Positions 27,040-38,283 of a stretch of DNA of 64,000 nt are shown here, one piece after another. The translations under genes and the position numbers were made by a program. The stretch covers positions 9,486,001 through 9,550,000 of the forward strand of contig JANJGN010000038.1 in NCBI GenBank assembly GCA_026770705.1, given 5' to 3'. Numbering within the stretch: the first letter of the stretch is position 1; each line of letters begins with the position of its first letter. The DNA is from Isurus oxyrinchus (Eukaryota). Under the pieces are notes generated by a model. That model was given only the letters and a program-made list of their open reading frames with translations, made no database searches and was not told the DNA's origin.

Positions 27040-28990
27040 ATCAGAACAGGCAACAGTGGAAAATCTCCTTTCTAATTCGAGTTATTTCCCTACCTCAACT
27101 AATGAATCAGCGCGTCTCCATGTTGAACACAATTCTGGTGAAACCCTGAGAGCAGAAAAGGAAATGGAACTTCAATGCCCATCAGCAAGAATGGCTCGAT
27201 ACCAAAACTGACTGAGCTAGCCGAGTCACGAGGGACATATCTACCAGACCGTGCCCCTGGAAGGTGTTGAGAGAACACAAGGAGAAAACTTACTTGAGAC
27301 GGCGCTCATTACTCTACCTGGCACAGATAGATCTCTCCACATCAGTATTGATGAGAGTGTCCACCGTACTTTTCTTTTGGATACAAAGACCCATCTTCAG
27401 ACTGAGAGCACCACCCGCGATGTTGTGTGGCATAATCATCGTGCTAAATGCGATAGATTTGGAGAATATTTGGCAATTAAAACCGTGTGTCAGTGAGGCC
27501 ATTAGCTTGAGCAACATTCTCATCCCCCCACAATATGCACGTCATGGGATGTATAACCCTCACTCTACCATTAGGATGAAGCCAGGGGATCAACGGTTGT
27601 TCAGTGATGAATTTAGAGCAGTAGATCAGATGCAGCAACAAGAAGATCTAAAAATGGGGCGTCAGCCTGATCAAGCTGTAACATGGTGGAAAATTGCTGA
27701 ACAAACCCAATGCGGCCCATTGACCCTCAATCATTGTACTCTCAGCCAGCAGCAACCTGATGGAAGGTGTCATTGACGGAGCAATCAAACAGCAGCTCAT
27801 CACCAACAAGCTGCTCAACAATGCTCAGTTTAGGCTTCACAAGAGCCTTTCAGTTCCCGACTACATCAAGTTGTTGATTTCAACAAAGACAAACAGCTGA
27901 ATCCTAATATGAGAGTGAATGCCCTTCACATCAAGGTAGCAGTTGACACATTGTGGCGCCAAGGAGCATTAGCAACATTGCAGTCAATGGCAATCAGGGG
28001 GAAACTCATTGGAGTCATACCTAGCACAAATGAAAATGATTGCTGTTGCTGGAGGCCAAAAGCCCCACACCAGAGCATCGCTCTCGGACTTCCTCAGGAA
28101 AGTGTCCTAGGCCCAGCCATCCTCAGTTGCTTCATCAATGACCTTATTTCCATAATCATGTCAGAAGTCACGATGTTCACGAATGTTGGCACAATTTTCA
28201 GCATCATTCACGTTGCTTCAGATACTGAAGCAGTTCATGCCCCCATGCAGAAAAGAAAAACATTTGGACAATATTAAACCTTTGGCTGATGAGTGGAAAG
28301 TGACATAACGTGTTACAAGTGCCAGGCAGTGACGATCTCCATCAAGAGAGAATCTAACCATCTCCCGTTGTCATTCATTGACATTAGCATCGCAGAATCC
28401 AACACCAGCAACACTGTGGGGGCCACAGCAGTAAATTAAGTTAACTGAACCAGCAGCATATATGAAGAATCTAGAAAAGGTCAGAGGCAGCACATTGTAT
28501 GGCGAGCGATGCACCTCAAGTTTCTTCACAATCTGTCCACAATGTCCATGCAATTTTTAGGAAAGTAATTGAATATTTCAGCTTGCCTGGATCAGGGAAG
28601 TTCCAACAAAACACTTGCCGAGCAGGCCCGAGAAACCACATTATCTTCTCCTAATACTATTTCTTATATTCGGAAGAAGGAAGACACCATGTAGGAAAAA
28701 TCGTCGCGCCTGATTGGCCACCCCATCCGGCATTTATAAATCCATTCCCTCCAGCACAAATACAGCAGTGTGCACCATCTACGAAATACACAGTGGCAAC
28801 TCGCCAACTGTTCTTTGACAGCCCGTGCAAGCCCCTGACTACTAACACCTAGAGGAGCAAGTGTGACAGACCCATGGAAAGACCTATAAGTTCCCCTCAA
28901 GGCCAAACACCACATTGGGTTGGAAATATGTTGTTATTTCTTCACTGTCGCTGGGTCAAAACCCTGAAACCCCTATTTTACAGCAATGAA
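27040..28990 (+). mobile_element. Degenerate, internally deleted LINE (EN-linker-RT-3' region)
   Basis: GENLLETALITLP (EN end), ALHIKVAVDTLWRQG, GLPQESVLGPAILSCFINDL (RT), and the family 3' region. Confidence 0.8.
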
Positions 28991-28999
28991 TCATAGGGT

Positions 29000-31050
29000 C
29001 ATTGAAATCCACAATACGGAAGAGGGACATTCGTCCCAGCGAACAAGCAGTAATCAGCCTTGTCAACTTTCCAGCTCTTGGTCTGTAACCTTTTAGGTTG
29101 TTTCACTTCAAGTTTTTACAACTCTTTCACATCATGAGTTTTAGATTCCCATCATCCTTTGGGTGAAAACATTTGCCGTGACCTATTTACTCTAGAATGA
29201 AGGGGTCGACAGTACTTTAGCCAGATTTGCTGATGATACTAAGCTGGAAAGCGAAACAGGTTCTGAGGAGGACACTAAGAGGCCACAATGACATATTGGT
29301 AAGCTGAGTGATTGTGCTGAAATTTGGCACATGGAATATAAGGTTGGAAAAATATGAGTTTGACTAATTTTGCCGGATAAGTCGAAAGGCAGCATGTTAT
29401 TGACTGCAGAATTCTTCGGTGCAGAGAGAACTGCGTGTGTTTGTACATGGATCACACAAAGCATGCGGGCACAGCAAGGAGTTAGGGAGGCAAAGAAAAT
29501 AACCTAAAGACAAAACAAAACTGCGGATGCTGGAAATCCAAAACAAAAACAGAATTACCTGGAAAAACTCAGCAGGTCTGGCAGCATCGGTGGAGAAGAA
29601 AAGAGTTGACGTTTCGAGTCCTCATGACCCTTCGACAGTTCTGTCGAAGGGTCATGAGGACTCGAAACGTGAACTCTTTTCTTCTCCACCGATGCTGCCA
29701 GACCTGCTGAGTTTTTCCAAAGAAAATAACCTCTTTTATGCAGCATTGTGTTACCTCAGCTTCCTTTGTTCAAAATTAAACAAACCTAACCTATCCTCCC
29801 AAATAGCAATCCTCCTGCAGTCGAGGCAATGTCGTCATAAATCTCCGCTGTAACGTTTCTAGCCCAATCAAATCTTTCATATTGTTCCTGGCCCAGGGCT
29901 GCACCAAACACTCTAACTCGGGCCTAACTATTGTTTTACACAGTTCCAGCAGGACGTCTCAACTCGTATATTCTATGCCTCGGAGAATAAAGGCAAGAAT
30001 CCCATCTGTTTCTTGATCAATTTATCTACCTGTCAAGGCACCTTTACGAATATCTGCATTCGATAGTCCCACTTTACTTCTCAGTGTCGTATCATTCGTG
30101 AATCAGTGGCAGTCACTATCTCAGAATGCGCTGGATGCCGGGGTGCTGAATAAATTTAAGGAGGAGAAAGACAGATTTTTAATTAGTAATGGGTTGAAAG
30201 GTTACAGGGAGAGGATAGGAAATTGGAGTTGAGGCCGAAATGAGATCAGCCATGATCGTAATGAATAGCGGGGCAGGCTCGAGGGGCGGAATTGCCAACT
30301 CTTGCTCCTAGTTCTTATGTTTTATTTACTGTTTATTACTCTATCTTGTTAGCTTTCCTTAAATGCATTACCTCGCAAACATCTCTAAGCCATTCTTATG
30401 TCTACCTGACTGGTCGATTTCCTGCAGTATACAGCTTTTTGCTCAATTCTTAATCACACAGCCAATTTGTGTATCATCTAAAGCCTTCTTAATCATGCTC
30501 TTTTCAGTCATGTGCAAGTAATTGATATATGCAAGAAAAGGCAAGTGTCCTATTACTAAGGCCTGGGGGATACCACTCCCGTTTACAGAAACACCCCGTG
30601 TCATTTACCGTTTGCTTCCTGGCAATGAACCAATTTTGGATTTACTTCGCCACTTTGCCCTGGATCACATTGGCTTTTAATTTCAGAACCGCTCTGCCAT
30701 GTAGAACCTGGTCATTTTAAAATCCATATACACTACATCGAATGCATTGTATCCATCGGCACTCCTTATTATACCTTCAAAACATTTATGCATAATAGTC
30801 AGACTCGCCCTTCGTTTAACAAATTCTTGCTGTCCAGCTTTGCTTACTCAGTGTCATTCTAAATGTCTCATAGAATGTTCTCTTTCCAATACTATTCCCT
30901 GCTCCAAGATTATATTCAGTGTCCTGTAATTACTCAGTCTTATACCTTTCTGCGTTTTGAACAAGGGCACAACGTTAGCTGTCCTGTCGCCCTGTCTCAG
31001 TGCCTGAAGTTGCAAAGGATTATAAAGTAGTGGTGATTCCTATGCCGAGG
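29000..31050. mobile_element. Nested CR1-type LINE fragments (mostly minus strand, with plus-strand pieces at ~29190-29500 and ~30120-30325)
   Basis: FADDTKL motif at ~29225; reverse-strand RT and 3' sequences; CR1 3' end ending TTCTTATGT at ~30320. Confidence 0.7.
29505..29719. mobile_element. Penelope-like inverted terminal repeat (79-bp-arm palindrome)
   Basis: Arms 29560-29638 and 29641-29719, 2-nt loop, one mismatch; GACGTTTCG/CGAAACGT signature. Confidence 0.8.
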
Positions 31051-33218
31051 GTACAATTCGGGCGAGCCTTGGCATTTATGCATTTTAAAAGGTATTAAAC
31101 CGCTTGATACTTTCAAAATGGTGGCAATTCGCCATTTCTAAAGGGGAATTGGGAGTCGGTAGACATGTTTGACTTAACAACTATTCCAAATCAGTCGATA
31201 ATAAATAAGTAAAACATTAGAGACTGTCTAATGTAATATAAACCATCCATGCCCATCCCTACATTACACTAGGCCCTTTTTCAGTTATTGCCGCCTGAGG
31301 CAGTGCTGGTTTGGTATGATTTAGGCAAACCAACTTACACTGTCATCTGGTGGCCAATCGTTGCCATTTCTGCTATCGTGAAAATGTCGATGTTCGTACT
31401 GTTGTTGATAGAAACGTATCAACAAACAAATTTGCACTTATATTCCACTCAACGCATTTTTAATGAAAGGGAATTAAATGCTGTAAAAATAACTGGTGAA
31501 GCAAATCCACCTTTGTGGAAGTAACTTGCAAACATTAAGAATAATGTGTCTTGTATGCACACACTCACAGACACAAATAGACGCAGATACATATGTTGAG
31601 GCTCAGTCACGCAACCAGTAACCACGGAAAACGTGAATGTAAAGGCCCTCAGGAGAAACATTCCTTAATATTAAAACACGGTGTACAATAGACACAACAG
31701 AGATTTCCACTAATCTTTATGAACTGCAATGCGTTCTGGCTCACCTATCCTTCAGTCCCTCAATCCAGTTCAAATTTTCGAGATTGTCATAAGATTCGAC
31801 CAGTACTTTCAACAAAACTGTGACATAACACCGAGCAATGGGAAATTGTACACAGCTCCTGATGGCTGTGACCAAGACTAAACGTATTTTACAACAAACA
31901 AAAATCCATCTTCCCACCGAGTCAAATATATGTTCTTTAATTATTATGAGACATACTTCTCCCTTCATCCATCTGTCCATTTACCTATCACAGAAAAAAA
32001 TGCTGTACCACAATAACTGACATTGGCAATAGATTAGTATAAACAAAGTGTCCAGTGCTGTCATTACAGAAAAGAGGCCTTATTTAACATAAACAGCGAT
32101 AAGGACTCCTGCACTCTGAGCAGTTTAGTCCATGAATAACTATGGCAGACCCCGTCGAATATAAACAGGGAGATGACCTCATGCAATTTAAAGGTGGGCA
32201 TAAAATAGTGCAGAAATAAAGGAGAAAGAGTCTAGTGTAATATAAATAAGGACATGGATGAGTGCAATATAACCAGACACATGCTTCAGTGCAGCAATAA
32301 CTGAAAAAGGGCCTAGTGTAAAGGATGGAGTTTATTGCACCAATGTCCGTGACTGGACCCAGTAGAATATGGACGGAGACATGGTCAGGTTATGGCCTTG
32401 CAAACCCCTTCAGTAACTTGAACACTTCTTTCAAAACATCTCTTAACTCTCTCTGCTCTAGGATGCTATTTCTATCGTTTTTCCACATAACGGAAGCCCC
32501 TCACCCCATTTTGATAAATCCTACGACAGCATCTTCAGAACCCGAGAGCTCTGCGACATAGAAGACCAAGGACAGCAGGTGAATGGAAGCACCAACAACT
32601 GCTAGTGCCGCTCCAAGTCACACACAATATTCTGATTTGGAAATATAGATTTTTTTCCTTCGTTGGTATTGAGTCAAAACCCCGGAGCTCCCTTCCCACC
32701 TGCACTGTTTTTGGATTTGAAACACACACAAGGTGGCTCACCAACACATTTTCCAGGGCAATTAGGTTTGGTTAGTAAATGTCGGCCTTGACAGAAATGT
32801 CAACATCTGAGAACGAAGTAGAACTAGCAATAACTGAGTGAAGGTCTGCTGTGATGTAAACATAGACATGCTTTGGAGCCGTAATAATTGAGGCAGTGTA
32901 TGTATGTTTTCATGGAAGCAATCGCGCCAGCACTGCCACCAGGTGGCGAAAGATTGCCATTGCTGTTACTGTAAAATGCCTTCATCAGTTATTGTCTCTT
33001 ATATTAACGCACCAAAACCAAGCTACAATGATATACAAGATCATTACATTCTACAGGGGGTGGCGAAGGATAACAATGCAAAGGATTCCATCTGAGTGAA
33101 GCTTTGTTGCGCAAAGAAACATTAGCAAAAGGACAAAGTGGTTCAAATCCTGTTAATTTATATTAATGTACATTTATTGGCATTAATTGAAGGGAGGACT
33201 TTTGATCAGGGAACATTT

Positions 33219-33360
33219 ATGTGTGTGTGTATGTGTGTGTGTACATCTGTGTGTGTGCGTGTGTGTGTGAGTGTGTATGTGCGCATATGTGTACGTCTCT
33301 GTTTGTCTGCCTGTATCTCTGTGTGTCTGCTTGTTCACTTATTTGCCTGTGCGTGTTTGT
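33219..33360. repeat. (TG)n-derived microsatellite
   Basis: Directly visible. Confidence 0.9.
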
Positions 33361-33779
33361 CTAAACACATCATTCTTAATGTTTCTATGCGAATTCTACA
33401 AAGGTAAATGATTATGTTTTCCAGTTATGTTTCTATATTTTATTGTCTTTGATTAAAAATATAATTTTAGGTCCTGTAATATCCTTAATGTGCATTGATT
33501 ATCCATTTATTTTGTTCTCATATTTAGATCGCATTGTCCCACCGATCCGTTACCAAGGCAATGTCTGTCCTCAGAAATCATTTGTGAAAAGTGATTAAAT
33601 CGGAGCATGCATAACGTGTATGAACACATTGTTCTTTGTGACAGATTGTTAGTTGATCAAAAGCGCATCTCACGGGACCTTGTATTGATTTCTGCATGTT
33701 GCAGTAAAAGTGAGAATCTCACTATCCGTGACCTGAGATTAATAAAACATTTCCTTCAGTCAGAAAGAAATCGAATTAT

Positions 33780-34380
33780 ATCCAACAACCATTTGCAACT
33801 ATATAGCCCCTTTAATGTCGTAAATCGCTGCACGTTGATTCACCAGACCACTAACAGGCCAAGTCTGACACCGAGTCACGTAAGGAGACACAAGGGTGGA
33901 TGACCATACATTAGGTCAACGACGTAACTTTTAGTGAGGGTAGTAAAGGAGGAGAGAGGGAGAAGGGGTTTATGAGTGAATTCCATGGCTTAGGGCCAAG
34001 GCAGTTGGCAACAAGTGATAAAATTCACGGATACAAAAGATGTGAGAATTCGAGGAGGGAAGGGGGAGGATTGTGAGGCTGAAGGAGCTGATAGGGATGG
34101 AAGTGGTGGTTGTAAGGTCGGGGGAGAGGTGGTGGAGGCCATGGAGGGTGTTTAACAATTGTGATAATTTTATTACTGATGCATTCCTTAACCGAGAACC
34201 GCTGTGAATCAGGGAGAATAGGGTTGATGGGCCAACTGGACATGTGTGCCTTAAGATATGGGCAAGAGCATTTATCTTGAGCTCCTATTTATGGAAGGTG
34301 GACTCTGGGGGGATGGTCAGGAAACCATTGGAATATTCAGGTCTAGAAGTGACAAAGAGTTCGATGGGAGTTTTAATGAT
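33780..34380 (-). mobile_element. L2-like LINE 3' fragment
   Basis: TTGCA-CTATATAGC-CCTTTAA..GTA is the reverse of the L2-type tail. Related tails occur at ~21250 (+), ~36280 (-), ~45480 (-) and ~62790 (-). Confidence 0.6.
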
Positions 34381-36834
34381 CTGCCTATGTCATGTAGACC
34401 CAGAAACAGGGAATAATTAATTGGGTTTCTGCTCCTATGTCTGTCGGTGTCATATAGGACCAGTAACAAATAATCAATCCTAGGGTTTGTGCTCGCATGA
34501 CTGCCTGTATCAAATAGGCCCAGCATCTGGAGATAATGCCCAGGGCTTGTGATTCAATGTGTGTCTGTGTGACTTGGGACCAGCACCTGGGAATCATTAA
34601 TATGACGTGTGATTCAAGGGCACTTCGTATCAGATAATCCCTGCACCTATTAGCAATATCCAGGTTTTGAACAACTAAACGGTCATACATCAGCAAATCC
34701 AGGTTCTGGGGACAATTCCCAGCGTTTATGTTCTCTGGTGAGTCTGCTGGGCCCAGGTGCTTGATACAAACCCCAGGATTTATGCTCACTGATGCTTCTA
34801 ATATCCCCCAGTCTCTAGGAATCACATTCAGGATTTGTGCTCCCTGGAGCGTCAGATGGTTTCTGTCACAATTGCCTCATGATCTGAGAATCTTTCCCAG
34901 GATTCATACCTCGGTACTTCAGAGAGGATACAGGTTCTGGGAAGCAATCTCAAGGTATGAATTCATTCGAAATGAACGTCCATATACCCAATGGAGATGA
35001 ACCTGGACTGTTTGGAAACATTGTTGCTGGGCAGATCTGTGTATAAATAGGTTCCTTTGCTAACAGCTGGGTTCTTGTTGCCTTGCTCTATTTGATCTGC
35101 GGGCAGGAAACTGGTTGTTGAAGTTTCTGCACAGCAGCCACAGATGTTTCCTGTAAATTGAAATGTGAATATTCTCTCCTCCCTGATGGTGGAATGCTGG
35201 ATTCCTGTCACTGCCTGTTGGGCAGAGATATGGGATGAACGTGTTGTTCAACAAACTGGGAATAAATTTAGCAGCAAATGAAACGTTAGGCAATCTTAAT
35301 CTAAATTGTATTTCTTATGAGATGATATTAAGGAAACTGCGTTTTGTGTATGGCAGGTGCAGAACAGACTAAATGCGGCAAGAACAGTACAATGAATTCG
35401 GGATTTTAATTAATTAAGGCCAATTTGATTCTGATAATTGCGAAGTTCTTTCACAATCCTGTAACATGGAATGCCAGCTGAGCTGGTATCACACAGATAT
35501 AAATAACACATTAACTACTCTGATACTAATGTTTGATTCATTTAACGATTTTGTAATTTACCCAATGGTCTGCAGACGGTGGAGTCACAATCCCAATCTG
35601 GAGACTGGGAACTCATATTATTCACTGAACTGTTAGTACAATTGTAATGGCAGGCTTTATATTTTCATTTGTAACCCGTTGGCACATTTGGTCTTGGCAC
35701 CTGAAAAGCTGAGCACAACTGGCTTGATATCACCATAAATTCAATGATTTCTCATCCTTGGTGCAAATTAACAACATCAAAAAAAAAAAATCAAACTCGT
35801 GATGCCCCAAAACTCTGAATATAATTTATGATTTAGTGGGGTCACCCAGATCGATATTGTTTTATCTGCATTGCTAAATATTTCCCAATGGTTTGTGGGA
35901 TAAATCTGTCACATCAATTAGAAAGATAGACATGGTGATTTAATTCTTAACTAAACAGGGTTCAGCTGCTCTGTGCAGCGTCATCACACACACATTCCTC
36001 GGTGCAAATCTCAACTTCTCCCATTTAGAATCATTCACTGTGAAATGAAAGAACAATATTCACACTGGTGACCAGAAATCCAGTGGAAAATTGATTCACG
36101 GAGGATTGTTTTAAAGTGAAGTTTCACATTTCACGATGGATTATATCTGAAATTAAGTGACATTATTCCGAAACTGTCGATGTCTTGGGACAAATATAAT
36201 AGCTTTCTCTGAGCAAATATCAGTAACATTTGTATCTTTTATCACACAGATAGGGGAACATGGAAATAAAGAAGACATACATTTAACCAGTGCATTTCAC
36301 AACCACAGGATACCTTAAAGCGCTTTATAGGCAATGAAGATTTGTTTGTTTATTTATAAACCTATAATCACCATTGTATTGCAAGGAACGACAACCGTGA
36401 ATTTACGTATAGGAAGATCCAACAAACTGCGCTGTGATAAATCACTAGATAAGCTGATTTTGGGATGTGGCTGAACGAGAAATATTGGCCCCAGGGGATC
36501 TCTCCCTTCATCTTCGGAATAATTCCATGGGTGTGTTTAGGTCCTTCTGAGAGCAATTGGACACTGAGCACATGTGAGGTGTTTATTGGGAATGTAAAGA
36601 TTCGCACTGAATAAATTTAAACCGGCTTTGGAGAGAGAGTATCACATCCCAAAGGATAAATAGACAATCAAAAAGATACGTTTGTGGAACACGGAATATT
36701 AATGGTTAATAATTGTTTATACAGCTGGACTCAGACAGGAAAAAGGAGGAGGAGCCAGGCTGTTAACAGGGGGAGGAGAGTGACACCCATTATCCAGCTC
36801 TGTCTCTCTCTCTCTCTTATTTGACTCTAGCTGG

Positions 36835-36842
36835 TATAAATA
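36835..36842 (+). promoter_or_regulatory. TATA box of VH promoter
   Basis: TATAAATA ~90 bp upstream of the leader ATG (36933), just downstream of a (TC)n run. No ATGCAAAT octamer is visible in the proximal promoter. Confidence 0.75.
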
Positions 36843-36932
36843 GCGGGACGGTTCAGCTCCTGGTTCACAATCCGCAGGTGTCGCTGTGACGGAGAGTCAC
36901 GCTCCTAAGTCAGTTGTACCCAGAGACTGAGG

Positions 36933-36978
36933 ATGGGATTTGCGCTGTGCCTTTGCTTCTTACTGGCTTACTTCACCT
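36933..36978 (+). CDS. IGHV: Ig heavy chain leader exon (MGFALCLCFLLAYFT, phase 1)
   Basis: ATG, 15 hydrophobic codons plus 1 nt (46 nt, canonical L-part1 length), GTGAGT donor at 36979, and a 127-bp intron ending in pyrimidine tract/CTAAC/AG at 37105. Confidence 0.93.
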
Positions 36979-37105
36979 GTGAGTATCCCTGACTGTATAA
37001 GTGATACAACAGAAGTCTGCTTCTTGTCTGATATCGCGTTGCTATTTCCATTCACTGATTTGATTGTTTTTTAATGCAATTACATTTTTTTCCATTCGCT
37101 AACAG

Positions 37106-37407
37106 ATGTCCAATCCGCCATCGTGCTGACCCAGCCGGCTTCAGAGACCGCTAAGCCCGGACAATCTCGCAAACTGTCCTGTTCGGTGAGCGGGTTCAGT
37201 CTGGACAGCTACTATGTGCACTGGGTTAAACAAGTTCCTGGGAAAGGGTTGGAGTGGCTCCTTGCTTTCTACAAACCCTCGTCAACCACGTATTATGCGA
37301 ATGGGGTCGAAGGTCGAATCATCCCATCAAGAACTTCGTCCACAACTTACATTGAGATCAAAAATCTGAGACCCGAAGACACCGCGAGGTATTACTGTGC
37401 AAAAGAC
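37106..37407 (+). CDS. IGHV: Ig heavy chain V exon (unrearranged, open frame)
   Basis: Translates (Y)VQS-AIVLTQPASETAKPGQSRKLSCSVSGFSLDSYYVHWVKQVPGKGLEWLL...EDTARYYCAKD. It has the conserved Cys, WVKQ, GLEW and DTAxYYC motifs and is followed directly by an RSS. Confidence 0.97.
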
Positions 37408-37446
37408 CACAGCGACCTGAACAAGCCCAGAGCTCGTACAGAAACC
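37408..37446 (+). other. V 3' recombination signal sequence, 23-bp spacer
   Basis: Heptamer CACAGCG 37408-37414, spacer 37415-37437 (23 bp), nonamer ACAGAAACC 37438-37446. Confidence 0.95.
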
Positions 37447-37797
37447 GCAGAGGAATAATTGCAGCGAATCATAGGTCAGTATTAGCTCAAAATAGGTTAA
37501 GAGTTGTGTTTGAACCTCGATTGAAAAGTTATGTTTTCCAAAGCAATAAAGTGGCGAAGAATAAAAACAAAATGTTGACTAACTCTTTATATTGAAGAGC
37601 ATAGTTACCGCTTGGAATGTGCACAACTGATGACTAGGAGCCAAATGGAAATATTGACAAATTATTATGTGAATAGGGATAATTTTAGCCCAAGGTTCTG
37701 CTCCTGATTAAAACTCTTGGATGAATTGTAATCAAAATCTGCAAATCTGCTGATTGAAAGGTTTTATTTCTTATAGCAACAATCAGTGAGTGAGAGC

Positions 37798-37825
37798 AGT
37801 ATTTGTGCTGGCTTGTGTCACTGTG
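37798..37825 (-). other. D 5' RSS, 12-bp spacer
   Basis: On the + strand: nonamer AGTATTTGT 37798-37806, spacer 37807-37818 (12 bp), heptamer CACTGTG 37819-37825. Confidence 0.92.
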
Positions 37826-37847
37826 GTACTATGGGGGTACTGGATGG
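37826..37847 (+). CDS. Single IgH diversity (D) segment, 22 nt (GTACTATGGGGGTACTGGATGG)
   Basis: Bounded by two 12-RSS. All three forward frames are open (VLWGYWM / YYGGTGW / TMGVLD). Confidence 0.92.
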
Positions 37848-37875
37848 CACAGTCGTTACTGTTAATGCAAAAACC
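37848..37875 (+). other. D 3' RSS, 12-bp spacer
   Basis: Heptamer CACAGTC 37848-37854, spacer 37855-37866 (12 bp), nonamer GCAAAAACC 37867-37875. Confidence 0.92.
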
Positions 37876-38196
37876 TCATCGGGGCTAATTGTTTGCATTT
37901 CGGTCAACGCATGTGTCTTACTTTAAAACAACATTAAACAAAGCCCTATCTGTGCCTGGAATTCCCCAGTTGACAGGTTTCAAAAGGTGCTAACGTGTTA
38001 ATTATTAAATCATTGGTTGTTGATTTCAATGCATGATCATCAGTTACTCTGCGAAATACAAATAAAACAGTGTAATTTAAAGTCTTAAAAAAATTCACAA
38101 TTTTACTTTTTTGATAAAGTCGATCATGATTTTACTTTGCCTCTCGTTTCGTAACATTTAAATTAATATGGAATTTCTCCCCTTGTGTGCAGATCT

Positions 38197-38235
38197 AGTT
38201 ATTGTGTGACCCAGACCAGCGAATGTAACACTGTG
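38197..38235 (-). other. J 5' RSS, 23-bp spacer
   Basis: On the + strand: nonamer AGTTATTGT 38197-38205, spacer 38206-38228 (23 bp), heptamer CACTGTG 38229-38235. Confidence 0.93.
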
Positions 38236-38283
38236 ACTATATGGAATATTGGGGCCAAGGAACCATGGTGACGGTGACTGCAG
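38236..38283 (+). CDS. IGHJ: IgH joining segment (YMEYWGQGTMVTVTA)
   Basis: WGQG motif, preceded by a 23-RSS and followed by a phase-1 GTAAG donor at 38284. Confidence 0.97.

Noticed and set aside
37393-37399. Cryptic heptamer TACTGTG in V FR3
   Set aside because: It is dictated by the YYC codons and present in most VH genes, and no upstream donor V exists in the window.
37447-38196. A second D segment
   Set aside because: Apart from the RSSs at 37798-37875, I found no CAC-heptamer with a correctly spaced nonamer by eye.
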